Assembly: GCA_964016885.1 (NCBI GenBank)
Contig: OZ024746.1
Location: 14,508,001 to 14,572,000, forward strand
Length of the DNA: 64,000 bases
Direction: 5' to 3'
DNA from: Eledone cirrhosa
Lineage: Eukaryota
In this document: positions 25,886 through 38,404 of the stretch, piece after piece
How the letters are laid out: each line of letters begins with the position of its first letter
Position numbering within the stretch: position 1 is the stretch's first letter
Notes under the pieces: generated by a model
What the model was told of the DNA's origin: nothing
The model's input: only the letters and a program-made list of their open reading frames with translations
Database searches by the model: none
Program-made: the position numbers and the translations under genes

Positions 25886-27666
25886 TACTTAATAAAACAG
25901 TCAGCTAAAACCTTGCACTGTCTAAAAGCCATCATTATACTATCTGTAGTAATCAAATATAAAGATTAATGTAGTCCAATAGAACAAATGCGACACAAGC
26001 AGAATCTTGGAAAACTTCATGATTCTTCTTTTTTATTTTATTTTTGTACAACACTTACAGTTTTTGAAATACAACAGACTTCCCTGGATAATAAAAATAT
26101 GTATGATTATAAAATATTTTATAAATGCATAAATATATTTTCTTGGATCTTTCCAGGCAGTTTATTGTTTATTGTTCCATTAATAGTATATCAATATTAT
26201 GTGGTCCATTGTCTGTATGAATATTTTAATGAATCAGCATTAGTAAACATTACCATTTTATTTATTCTGGAAAATTCTACACAGAAAGAGGAGCCTTATA
26301 CTAGTGTACTAGTATAATTTCAACACAGACAATGTTACACATTATAGATAATTATTCTGAATATATCTGACAAAATATTCATGCTATTATCAGAAGAATG
26401 TTACCAGCATGGAACATACAAGAATGCTAGGAATATACAAGAAACCTAAAAAGATCAAGTGAAACGATTTTCTGTCGCGGAGTGTTATAGATGAATGTGC
26501 ATCTGAAATATGTAAGCAATCTGGACTGATATATAAATACAATTTAATTAAACACTGTGGCATAAACAGAAATAATGAATTCTTTCTAATAGACTGACGT
26601 AATAAGGATACTAGTTCGGAACACACATGTAATAGATATTCCTTACGTAAACAACTACATGTTCTGGAGCTCTGTAGTGTACAGTGCAAACTAAATTTCA
26701 TTAGGATTAAAATAACAAAATGAATGGATGTAGAGAGCTTGTATCTTTATTTATTAAAACATTTCTAAATTCTGAAAAACATGGTCGTACAGATGTGTAA
26801 ACAGAGAAAATTTAATACCTATCTCTGACACAATACATGCATTATTATTTATCATTGTCGATCTTTCAAGTTTTCACATGTAATATATTTATTTCTTCGT
26901 TGTTTTGATATAAAGTTGTTTGGATTTGGCAAGCTTTTAAAGAAATTTATAAAGAATATATTTCCTTTTTATGCATACATTTCTTTTCGATAGATTATTA
27001 AGAATTATGTTCCTATTGTTATTTATAATCAGTTCAATTTGATCCTGTTTACTCAATAGATGATTTTATTCTTCACTTTGACTCATGAAAAACAAAATCA
27101 CGAAAACATTTTCATCGTGTTTCAGAACTAATGTTTACTTCGTCTAATTTTCCCCCGTTTTTCATTCTTTTTTAAATCTTGTCTATCTTCTTATTTCTTC
27201 TTTCTCCCAAACATACTTTCTTCTCTCTCTTAAACATCTTATCTTCTCTTACTCATTCTATCTTCGAAAAAGATAAAAGGACTAATGTCCTAAACTTTAA
27301 AACTATTTTCCTAAGTTATTAAACGTTAAACTGATATTATATAGCATTCTCTTCCTGTGTTTTACATTGTTGACTTCTCTATTATATATATATACATAAA
27401 CGGAAAAAATGAAACGATATTTCATTTCCCACTCTTAGTACGGCTGTTACTTAAATATAAGTATGTACACGTACATACATATATGTATACCGACGTACAG
27501 TAGTATGTATATATATATATACATACATGCACACATATATATATATGCACGTATGGATTCACCGAACATTTATTATAATGCTCGGTGTGTTTGTAAACAA
27601 ACATCCCGTATTAAGCCGTAGTGTCTAGCAACCACCGTTGCTCGTTTGTTCAACACTGACAAAGGA

Positions 27667-27709
27667 ACGCTGTACTAGTTTCAAGCTTGTTAGCTATCGT
27701 CAGCAACGT
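27667..27709 (-). ncRNA. Type I hammerhead ribozyme (family A)
   Basis: acgttg-CTGACGA-t AGCT aaca AGCT t-GAAA-CTAG-TA-cagcgt. Confidence 0.85.
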
Positions 27710-28088
27710 ATACCTTCCTGCCAGATTGTTGAACGTATATACTTACCTTATGCATATTAACGGCTGAGTAGCCCAATTTGCATATCGAGTGGGTTAATCG
27801 GCCGGGTGCACCGAAAACGATAAACGGAAAAAATGAAACGATATTTCATTTCCCACTCTTAGTACGGCTGTTACTTAAATATAAGTATGTACACGTACAT
27901 ACATATATGTATACCGACGTACAGTAGTATGTATATATATATATACATACATGCACACATATATATATGCACGTATGGATTCACCGAACATTTATTATAA
28001 TGCTCGGTGTGTTTGTAAACAAACATCCCGTATTAAGCCGTAGTGTCTAGCAACCACCGTTGCTCGTTTGTTCAACACTGACAAAGGA

Positions 28089-28131
28089 ACGCTGTACTAG
28101 TTTCAAGCTTGTTAGCTATCGTCAGCAACGT
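28089..28131 (-). ncRNA. Type I hammerhead ribozyme (family A)
   Basis: Identical motif to 27667-27709. Confidence 0.85.
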
Positions 28132-28150
28132 ATACCTTCCTGCCAGGTAT

Positions 28151-28193
28151 ACGTTGCTGACGATAGCTAACAAGCTTGAAACTAGTACAGCGT
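28151..28193 (+). ncRNA. Type I hammerhead ribozyme (family A)
   Basis: Identical motif, predicted cleavage after GUA at 28187. Confidence 0.85.
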
Positions 28194-28572
28194 TCCTTTG
28201 TCAGTGTTGAACAAACGAGCAACGGTGGTTGCTAGACACTACGGCTTAATACGGGATGTTTGTTTACAAACACACCGAGCATTATAATAAATGTTCGGTG
28301 AATCCATACGTGCATATATATATGTGTGCATGTATGTATATATATATATACATACTACTGTACGTCGGTATACATATATGTATGTACGTGTACATACTTA
28401 TATTTAAGTAACAGCCGTACTAAGAGTGGGAAATGAAATATCGTTTCATTTTTTCCGTTTATCGTTTTCGGTGCACCCGGCCGATTAACCCACTCGATAT
28501 GCAAATTGGGCTACTCAGCCGTTAATATGCATAAGGTAAGTATATACGTTCAACAATCTGGCAGGAAGGTAT

Positions 28573-28615
28573 ACGTTGCTGACGATAGCTAACAAGCTTG
28601 AAACTAGTACAGCGT
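28573..28615 (+). ncRNA. Type I hammerhead ribozyme (family A)
   Basis: Identical motif, predicted cleavage after 28609. Confidence 0.85.
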
Positions 28616-28996
28616 TCCTTTGTCAGTGTTGAACAAACGAGCAACGGTGGTTGCTAGACACTACGGCTTAATACGGGATGTTTGTTTACAAACACACCGA
28701 GCATTATAATAAATGTTCGGTGAATCCATACGTGCATATATATATATGTGTGCATGTATGTATATATATATATACATACTACTGTACGTCGGTATACATA
28801 TATGTATGTACGTGTACATACTTATATTTAAGTAACAGCCGTACTAAGAGTGGGAAATGAAATATCGTTTCATTTTTTCCGTTTATCGTTTTCGGTGCAC
28901 CCGGCCGATTAACCCACTCGATATGCAAATTGGGCTACTCAGCCGTTAATATGCATAAGGTAAGTATATACGTTCAACAATCTGGCAGGAAGGTAT

Positions 28997-29039
28997 ACGT
29001 TGCTGACGATAGCTAACAAGCTTGAAACTAGTACAGCGT
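28997..29039 (+). ncRNA. Type I hammerhead ribozyme (family A)
   Basis: Identical motif, predicted cleavage after 29033. Confidence 0.85.
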
Positions 29040-29418
29040 TCCTTTGTCAGTGTTGAACAAACGAGCAACGGTGGTTGCTAGACACTACGGCTTAATACGG
29101 GATGTTTGTTTACAAACACACCGAGCATTATAATAAATGTTCGGTGAATCCATACGTGCATATATATATGTGTGCATGTATGTATATATATATATACATA
29201 CTACTGTACGTCGGTATACATATATGTATGTACGTGTACATACTTATATTTAAGTAACAGCCGTACTAAGAGTGGGAAATGAAATATCGTTTCATTTTTT
29301 CCGTTTATCGTTTTCGGTGCACCCGGCCGATTAACCCACTCGATATGCAAATTGGGCTACTCAGCCGTTAATATGCATAAGGTAAGTATATACGTTCAAC
29401 AATCTGGCAGGAAGGTAT

Positions 29419-29461
29419 ACGTTGCTGACGATAGCTAACAAGCTTGAAACTAGTACAGCGT
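29419..29461 (+). ncRNA. Type I hammerhead ribozyme (family A)
   Basis: Identical motif, predicted cleavage after 29455. Confidence 0.85.
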
Positions 29462-29840
29462 TCCTTTGTCAGTGTTGAACAAACGAGCAACGGTGGTTGC
29501 TAGACACTACGGCTTAATACGGGATGTTTGTTTACAAACACACCGAGCATTATAATAAATGTTCGGTGAATCCATACGTGCATATATATATGTGTGCATG
29601 TATGTATATATATATATACATACTACTGTACGTCGGTATACATATATGTATGTACGTGTACATACTTATATTTAAGTAACAGCCGTACTAAGAGTGGGAA
29701 ATGAAATATCGTTTCATTTTTTCCGTTTATCGTTTTCGGTGCACCCGGCCGATTAACCCACTCGATATGCAAATTGGGCTACTCAGCCGTTAATATGCAT
29801 AAGGTAAGTATATACGTTCAACAATCTGGCAGGAAGGTAT

Positions 29841-29883
29841 ACGTTGCTGACGATAGCTAACAAGCTTGAAACTAGTACAGCGT
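29841..29883 (+). ncRNA. Type I hammerhead ribozyme (family A)
   Basis: Identical motif, predicted cleavage after 29877. Confidence 0.85.
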
Positions 29884-30134
29884 TCCTTTGTCAGTGTTGA
29901 ACAAACGAGCAACGGTGGTTGCTAGACACTACGGCTTAATACGGGATGTTTGTTTACAAACACACCGAGCATTATAATAAATGTTCGGTGAATCCATACG
30001 TGCATATATATATGTGTGCATGTATGTATATATATATATACATACTACTGTACGTCGGTATACATATATGTATGTACGTGTACATACTTATATATATACA
30101 TATATATATATATATTTAACTTTTCGTTATATAC

Positions 30135-30193
<59 letters not shown>

Positions 30194-30275
30194 CTTTTGG
30201 TTATTTATATATATATATATATTATTATTAATTTTCTGGCAATATTATTACACAAATATGACCCTCCCCAAGTAT

Positions 30276-30351
<76 letters not shown>

Positions 30352-30354
<3 letters not shown>

Positions 30355-30692
30355 AGAGTGTTGAAGTTTGGTTGAAGCATTGTGGAATAATAAAATTGGT
30401 TGTTTTGGAAGCCTGAACAATGCAAATGGGTAAATCTCCGGGCAACAGAATCAGGTGGTAATGAGAGAGATGTAAGAGGAAATGTAGAATGAGACGTATA
30501 GGGTGTAGAGGAACGTAGGAAAGAGTGTAAAAATAATAACACGAGATAGAGTTACCTTGGAAGTGATTTAATTGTCCCTATATTTCGGATTTCGTCTCAT
30601 TCTACATTTCCTCTTACATCTCTCTCATCCCCACCTGATTCTGTTGCCCGGAGATTTACCCATCTGCATTGTTGAGGCTTCCAAAACGACCA

Positions 30693-30697
<5 letters not shown>
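30352..30697. mobile_element. (TA)n-flanked island with internal inverted duplication (PLE-like architecture)
   Basis: About 30392-30496 is inverted at about 30592-30697. Both ends lie in (TA)n. Confidence 0.55.
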
Positions 30698-30761
<64 letters not shown>

Positions 30762-30885
30762 GTCTACATATAAATACATATATATATATTATACTATATA
30801 TATATATATAACGTGAACCTAATACCACACTGTTCGCTTTGCTATTGTTTTTGTTTTTTACTTATAAGAATATATATATACTATA

Positions 30886-30948
<63 letters not shown>

Positions 30949-31404
30949 AGAAAAAAGAGAATCAGTGTTGCGACTAATGGAATTTATTGGACATATTATA
31001 ATCGTTTCTCTGGCCACCAGCTCGAGGCACGATCGATGTGATGATCGAACCTGACTCTGAAAATCGCAAGGTCCTCAGATGATAAATCTTTTTTGAAATT
31101 TTTTTTTTTTTTTTTTTTTTAGTATAAGGAACTGTTTCATTGTTTTATTCATTATTTTTTTAACATTTTATATATATATACCAGTTTCTTGTTTTGTATC
31201 TATCAACTTAGTTTTCCACGATTATATATGCCCAAGAATGTCTAGACTTAAGTGATTGTTAATTCTACGTGATAGAACAACTATTCTTAAAATAACTTTA
31301 TTGAAATAATTGTAACCATCCATCCGAGAAAAACATTGTACGTGCATAAATTTGTATCTTCTTTACCGAATGTCTACCCACATTGCTGTTTGCTTGACTT
31401 CCTT

Positions 31405-31688
31405 CCATTCTCTCTCTCCCTCTCACCATGTATCTCTCTCTCTCTCTCTCTCCCTCTCACCATGTCTGTCTCTCTCTCTCTCTCTCTCACCATGTCTCTC
31501 TTACTCTCTCTCACTCTCCCTCTCACCGCGTCTCTCTTACTCTCTCTCTCTCTCTCTCCCTCTCACCATGTCTCTCTTACTCTCTCTCCCTCCACCATGT
31601 CTCTCTTTCTCTCTCTCTCCCTCTCACCATGTCTCCTTACTCTCTCTCTCCCTCTCACCATATCCCTCTTTCTCTCTCTCTGTCTCTG

Positions 31689-31735
<47 letters not shown>

Positions 31736-31935
31736 GTCTCTCTTTCTCTCTCCCTTTGTCTCTCCTTTTCTCTCTCCCTTTCTCTCTATCTCTCACCATG
31801 TCTCTCTTTCTCTCTCTCTGTCTTTCTCTCTATATCTGTCTCCTTTTTCTCTCTATCTCTCTCACCATGTCTCTCTCTCTCTCTCCCCCTCTCTCTCCCT
31901 CTCTCTCCCTCTCTCTCCCTCTCTCTCTCTCTCCA
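31405..31935. repeat. CT-rich minisatellite (CTCTCACCATGTCTCT units)
   Basis: Seen directly in sequence. Confidence 0.9.
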
Positions 31936-32683
31936 CACACACAAAAACACATATATAGATACGTTTCTGTTTTAATAGACGTTTACATGTATTTTAATCG
32001 GCATCATCCTTTGAATGGAATGATGCTTGTGAAACATTGTTACTTCTCTTTGAAGAAGACTGCAATGCAATATAGGAATGACCTTACAGCTTGTGAAATT
32101 GTCATCATCGCATTTAATATAGTTTGTCTGTTCACTCTTTCGTTATTTTCATAGCTCATTTCAAATGTGTTGCATCTGTGTATTCTCTATAAACCAAAAG
32201 CACCATACTTATAGAATGGGTGAATATATCGTAAAATAACACATAAATCGGAACTATCTCACCTTATCACAAACGAAGAGTTATAATACATTACAGTAAA
32301 TTAATACACTACACAAACGTTAAAAACGACATCAATGTAAAAATAAAAACCTACAAACAGAAACACACAATAGACAATCAATGAAATCCACACATTTCAA
32401 TGTAAACACGAAAGTTGTAAACCTTATGACTCCAACTATTACATTTCTCGGCAGTTGTCCATTGGCAACAAAGCGCCATTAATGTTCATTATATTACAGA
32501 AAACAAGAACAAAAACATCAATGCACAGGTACAGCACACTGAAACATACTAATGTAAAATATATAAATACAAAGATATATACATACAGCATACACCCACC
32601 CGTGCACGCATATATGTCCGTTCTATTCGACATGATTCGTCTCCTAATTATATAAATATATATACATACATTTATATATACAT

Positions 32684-32744
<61 letters not shown>

Positions 32745-32764
32745 ATATATATATATATATACAT

Positions 32765-33395
32765 ATAAATATTTCGTATCTCCAAAGAAATACGGTTTGA
32801 GGAAGCCGTAGCTATGCAAACACCGGGGTACTAACGCCCTCTGGTGATGTCCATGGGGGACAACCGTCTAGGCTTAACTGGCCTTCGTCAGGACGGTCCC
32901 TCCCACCACTTGCGACTGTTGGACTAGAAGCCAGGCGAGAATATATACTTTTCTAGTCTGTGTAAATGACGTGATTAATCTCATTTGCATATGAAGCTGC
33001 ATATGATGGCTCAACTTATAATAAAAAAGAAATAGGATTTCTCTTCAAGCATAGCTTTATACAATATGTATAAATATTTCGTATCTCCAAAGAAATATGG
33101 TTTTAGGAAGCCGTAGCTATGCAAATGAGATTAATCACCTCATTTACACAGACGAGAAAAGTATATATTCTCGCCTGTCTTCTAGTCCAGCAGTCGCAAG
33201 CGGTGGGAGGGACCGTCCTGACGAAGGCCAGTTAAGCCTGAAATTCATAGACGGTTGTCCCCCTTGATTCTGCTGGACATCACCAGAGCGCGTTAGCTCC
33301 TCGGGGTTTGCATAGCTACGGCTTCCTAAAACCGTATTTCTTTGGAAATACGAAATATTTATACATATTGTATAAAGCTATGCTTGAAGCGACAT

Positions 33396-33398
<3 letters not shown>
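32765..33398. mobile_element. Family F HHR element, complex -/-/+ insertion in (TA)n
   Basis: Minus copy 32765-32990, partial minus copy 33043-33125, and plus copy 33120-33390 with the strand switch at TGCAAA microhomology. Confidence 0.8.
33211..33256 (+). ncRNA. Type I hammerhead ribozyme (family F)
   Basis: gaccgtc-CTGACGA-AGGC cagttaa GCCT-GAAA-TTCA-TA-gacggtt, 7-bp helix I. The minus copy at 32862-32898 has lost GAAATTCAT. Confidence 0.8.
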
Positions 33399-33444
<46 letters not shown>

Positions 33445-33540
33445 GAGTGTGGTTAACGAACATGAAAATGAGTACTCAATAGCCAAGTAAAGTGTAGAAT
33501 CTAAACTTTAGATATTCTTTATTATAACTAGGTGGCGGGC

Positions 33541-33585
33541 TTTGTTACTCTGGGGTCTCACCTATGCACAGGGTCATCAGACAAA
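33541..33585 (-). ncRNA. Degenerate type I hammerhead (GAAA>GAGA) in a (TA)n-flanked island 33444-33610
   Basis: tttgt-CTGATGA-c CCT gtgcat AGG t-GAGA-CCCCAGAG-TA-acaaa, with AATAAA downstream. Confidence 0.55.
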
Positions 33586-33609
33586 ACTAAATTTCCAATA
33601 GCAGAGACA

Positions 33610-33670
<61 letters not shown>

Positions 33671-35927
33671 AGAAGAATGGAGTATGTGTGTTTTTGAATG
33701 GGTATATAGGGAGGGTGGCTGTCAGGGGAGATGTATGCGGTGATACAGAAGATAGGAGAAAGGAGAGAAAGAATGAAGGAATAAAAAGAAAAATGGAAAT
33801 AAAAAAAAAGAAAGATATGAGGAATGGAGGCGAGAACTACGTGTAGGGGAGAATACAGAAAGAATCAGATGGGGTGGTGGGGTAAGGGAGGAGGGAATGT
33901 ATGAAAGAAGACAAGTAAAAGGGAGGGAGAATAAAAAGAGACTAGGAAAAAGAAAAGGAAACGGAAAAAAGAAGAGAGGAATGGACAAAAAAGTTAGTGT
34001 GCCACTACTGCAGATTATGTATGCACCACAGATCCAAAGTCCTTCTTGATTCTATGTCTTATGAATAATTTAGCTCCTGTCATCTCCTGAGGTTTGCAAA
34101 TAGTGCATAACCTATTATTTTCAAATTTTCTTATTTCATATCTTTCTCCAAATGTTTAGTTCTACAGCCAACGATTATTACCCCCCGGGCATAAGATACA
34201 ACACGAGTATACAATAATTTATATTTTACGTAACTTTATATATTATATTTTCATCTACAATATTTCCTCAATATTGCAACCACCATCACCATTACCATCA
34301 CTTGTTCATCATGTCTGTAATTCAATTACTTCCACCCTTAATATTCATTGCTACTAGGGGTTAATGATTTTGACAGTACAATACTACAAAGTAATGCACT
34401 GGGTAATTGCTGGCCTTGTGCCTAAAGTAGAAACAATTATTACAATTTTTCATTTTCTGCCACTTTATTGTTTCTTACCATTACCAAATAGCATTTCACC
34501 CTTTTTCTAATTTTGCTATTTCATTATTTCCTGGTTTTATCATTATCATCATCATCATCGTACATAACAATTCCATTATCAGCCATTTATCCACTAAATA
34601 TTTTATTCACTCCTATTAATTGATATACACTTCCCTACACACGTAAATTATTTTCTATGCATTTTGTTTATCATTATCTGTTGTTTATCATCATTATCCC
34701 CTTAACCACCATCACTATCAATCACTACTATCACTATGATAAACTGTTATAATGTTTAATATCTGTAAAAAGGTTTCAAATATATACTTATTAATCCTAC
34801 TCTCACTTAAGAGATTATATGTCAATGGACATGCTTGTAAAATTATTTGTATAATACATAAGACCATGCTAATAAATACTAATGAATATAAATATATGCT
34901 ATTTTCCTATCAAATAATGGCTTTGGAAAAAAGTTAAACAGAATATAGAATCAATAAGTTTATAAGGTAGAAAATAAAGTAAATTATGAGACCTATTGTT
35001 TAAAACAAATCACGTATATATTTACCATTCATAACAAAATTTCAATAAGTTTCGCTGTGTGTTAAAAACGTATGAAACGGTAATAAGGGAAAAATCAATT
35101 TCAACAGTGTTTTTCAATAAATACACTAAATATGTTCATACTGAAAACGCAAGAACGGGTATGTTATACTCAATGATATACGGTACGGTTAATATATACG
35201 TCACGTTATTAAGCTTTCGTCTAATATCTTCTAATTTAGACTTTAGAAAACTAAAAGAAAAAACCTTTTGAAATAAAATAAAAGAGTTTATTGATTATTT
35301 TTGGAATAAAGAGGATTTGTTTGCTATAAAGAATACCAACTGTTGAGAAAAATGTTGTTGTTTTTTAATTTCGAAATGAAATGTTATGTTACATGAATTA
35401 TGCTAAAGGAAAAATATCCTTAAACTATCGCTATTTTAATAATCTTTCCGATTATATAATACTTTTAATACGATGTCAATCTCAGAAGAATATTAACAGA
35501 TTTACTAAGGCATACACAAACGCACCAAATTCTCGCTCTAAGTGTTAGAAAAACGCTTTTCGTTAGATTAAATAGTTCAAACTAACATGTCTTCGATGGT
35601 TATTTCCATTAAAATAAGATGTATTCATGACTTTTAATAAGATTTTGATTAGACACCAAATGTATTCACTATCAATCATTCATTAACATAGAAAAATACA
35701 AACCTATAAAATAGCCTCATACTTAAGGTTCATCTAACTCTTGCTTTTATTTGAACATTGTGCATGCTACTGAAATTTTAATCAGTTTCTCTTTACTATC
35801 ATCTACAAAACAATATATAAAGTAACGAATATCCTAAGAAAGTGCTTGACTTTATTTTTAAAAAGATATTCATATAGTTTCCCATATATACTGCAATTAA
35901 TCTGCAGTATTATTACTTTGAATTCTA

Positions 35928-36125
35928 AGGCAGAGGATTTGTAGAGTCGTTAGGGCGTCGGAAAAATACTTAGCAGTATTTGTTCCGATTCTATACGTTC
36001 TGAGTTCAAATCCGGTCAATATCAACTTTACTTCACGTCTTTCTGAGTACCAGTCAAGTACTGGTGGTGATATAATCGACTTACTCATTCCTGAAATCGC
36101 TGGACATGTGTCAAATCAGAAACAA
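35928..36125 (+). mobile_element. tRNA-derived SINE, old copy
   Basis: Box B GAGTTCAAATCC and the main-family body. Confidence 0.65.
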
Positions 36126-37835
36126 ATATTATTTTGAATTCTGAGTTCAGGATCATAAAATGATTTATAGCAATGGGATGAAATTCTGATTGGATTGTAG
36201 TGTAAACAAACAGAAATACGAAATATAATGTTGGTTATACGAAATATCTAAAATAAATAATACTTTAACTAGTGACTTCTCTCAGAAATTAGAATTATTA
36301 GAAAAAGGAAAACATCAAATTGTCTTAAAATGAATGTCAAAACATTAGTTAAGATGATGCATATGGAAGATTCTAACTACTACATTGTTACTTCTATATC
36401 GGCAAATATAAGACAACTTAAATACGGTGCAAACAGTTAATACAAAGATTTGGTTAATGTTAATTCCTATAAGCATAACATACTTCCACTCATACTATTA
36501 TGAAGCAGCATCCCATAAAAGAGTCACTGGAAATATTAAGATACTTTATTTCCTGAAACCAGTCTAAACATTTCTTATTTTAGAAAATAGTGCCATTACC
36601 AATGCCTTACGTACTGATTGTGTTCTGAAATTTTAGAAAATAATTATCTGCTTTTAAACAATATAAATATCCATGGAACGCTTTTAATAATGTCTGCTCC
36701 TATAAGGGAATTATTTATTTCCATTGGAATTACGTTAGTCATTACTTGGTATGGCTTGAAAAAACAAAATATTTATATTCAGGTAGAAGAAAGAAACAAA
36801 GTAATGTAAAAACACGTTTTGAATCCAAATTTAGAAATTTGAAATTGAAAACCATAACTGAAGGAGAAATGATTTATATATTCGTGTGCGAGAGTAAAAA
36901 GATACATTAAATCGTTTATGTGAATAGGAATTGATAGTTTGAGAATAAATAATGGAATTGTTATGAATGATTTGCTAATCTTAGTTGTAAAGTTGTGTCA
37001 GGGATAATTTCATTTTCCTTACTGTCAGAATATACTTGTTCTTTTGAATCTCGTATATAGCAATACCACGATGAAGTAAGCTACCACATATAATCGATTT
37101 AAAGTAGTAATCTGTTTGTTTTAGAAAAACACTATGAGTTAAATCCAATATGGTATGTTGATAGTAAAGTGCTTTGCAGGTCACTTTACGTTCTGAATAC
37201 AACATTTTTCGAGATCCACTTTGCTCTTCTTCCTTCTGGGTGTTGATAGAATAATTACTATTCCAATATGGAAATCGATTAATCCGACTACATTTCTCCG
37301 CAAAATGTTTGGCCTTCAGCTCCGAGTTAAAAGTCAATATTTTGACAATTAAACATCCTCTTCAGATAGCTATCATATTATATTATATTATTAGTTCATA
37401 AGATTGCTATGAATATATGTTAACGTGTAAACAAATGAATATAAATCATACAAATCGATTGAAAATAATTGTTGAAAAAGTGTTTAGACATTCTCTATGA
37501 CTAAAAATATCAATCCTAGAAAAGTGACCAAAATAGAAACAAAGAATTATTGATAATCAAGCACTAAAAACTTTATCAGTTTCAAATTTAATCTCGTTAT
37601 TTTTCATATTTCATATCTATTATAGTTTTACTATTCCATGTAATGCCTCATATCGGACGGTTTCTGAACGAACTTACAAACATATCAGGTTTTAAAATGC
37701 TATCCACTCCTTTAACTCTTCTCGATTTCCGGAGAAAAAGATTCTGTGAATGGCTTCTCACGATTCTTGTCACGAAGCAAAGTAGCTGCAGAGACAAGGA
37801 TACACTTCAATACTCCATTAGTATCATATTTGTCA

Positions 37836-38305
37836 ACTGAGAGATTCGTCGCCTCAAGAAAGCCTTCGCAGTACACTATGCAGATGAGTGGAGTTTCAGT
37901 GAATCAGGTGGAGAAGTTCAAGTATCTCGGGGCCGTGTTCACGAGTGATGGGATGCATGATGCTTAATTAAATGCAAGAATTACAGAAGCTGGTGCAATA
38001 ATATACCAACTTCATCATTCGGTGACCAGAAGGGAAGTACGTGTAAAAGCCAAAGTCGGTATCTTCAATTCTATATCGTACCAACTCTTACCTAAAGTCA
38101 TGAATCTTGGATACTGACCGAAAGAATACGATCACTAATACAAGTCGTTTCTGACAGGACCTGCTGGAAGGCGTGCTTGGGGATTCTGACGCAACGACAC
38201 TCCAGGAAGAAGAAGAAGAAGAAGAAGAAGAAGAAGAAGAAGAAGAAGAAGAAGAAGAAGAAGAAGAAGAAGAAGAAGAAGAAGAAGAAGAAGAAGAAGA
38301 AGAAG

Positions 38306-38334
<29 letters not shown>
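37836..38334 (+). mobile_element. RTE-clade LINE fragment with (GAA)n tail
   Basis: VNQVEKFKYLGAVFTSDG..LNARITEA..KAKVGIFNSI..ESWILTERIRSLIQ, followed by (GAA)n at 38207-38334. Confidence 0.8.
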
Positions 38335-38336
<2 letters not shown>

Positions 38337-38404
38337 GTATTTATTATTCCCATAAGTTAATCTGTTTTAATAATTTGCATTTGAGTTATGGTTGTTTTAT
38401 CATC

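Larger units (their letters stand above)
27396..30092. mobile_element. Family A retrozyme-like tandem/inverted array of 422-424 bp HHR monomers
   Basis: About 1.8 monomers on the minus strand (27396-28144) are followed by about 4.6 monomers on the plus strand (28145-30092). Monomers are near identical apart from TA-run length, and both ends lie in (TA)n. Confidence 0.95.

Noticed and set aside
27422-28860. 60-aa ORF MFVYKHTEHY.. repeated in family A monomers
   Set aside because: It is short, has a non-ATG start, and its frame depends on the variable internal TA-run length.
30660-30697. TTGTTGA-GGCTTCC-AAAACGAC as an HHR remnant
   Set aside because: It needs three or more core changes and cannot be supported without a family consensus.
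36981-37337. 118-aa minus-strand ORF
   Set aside because: No recognisable motif or splice context.
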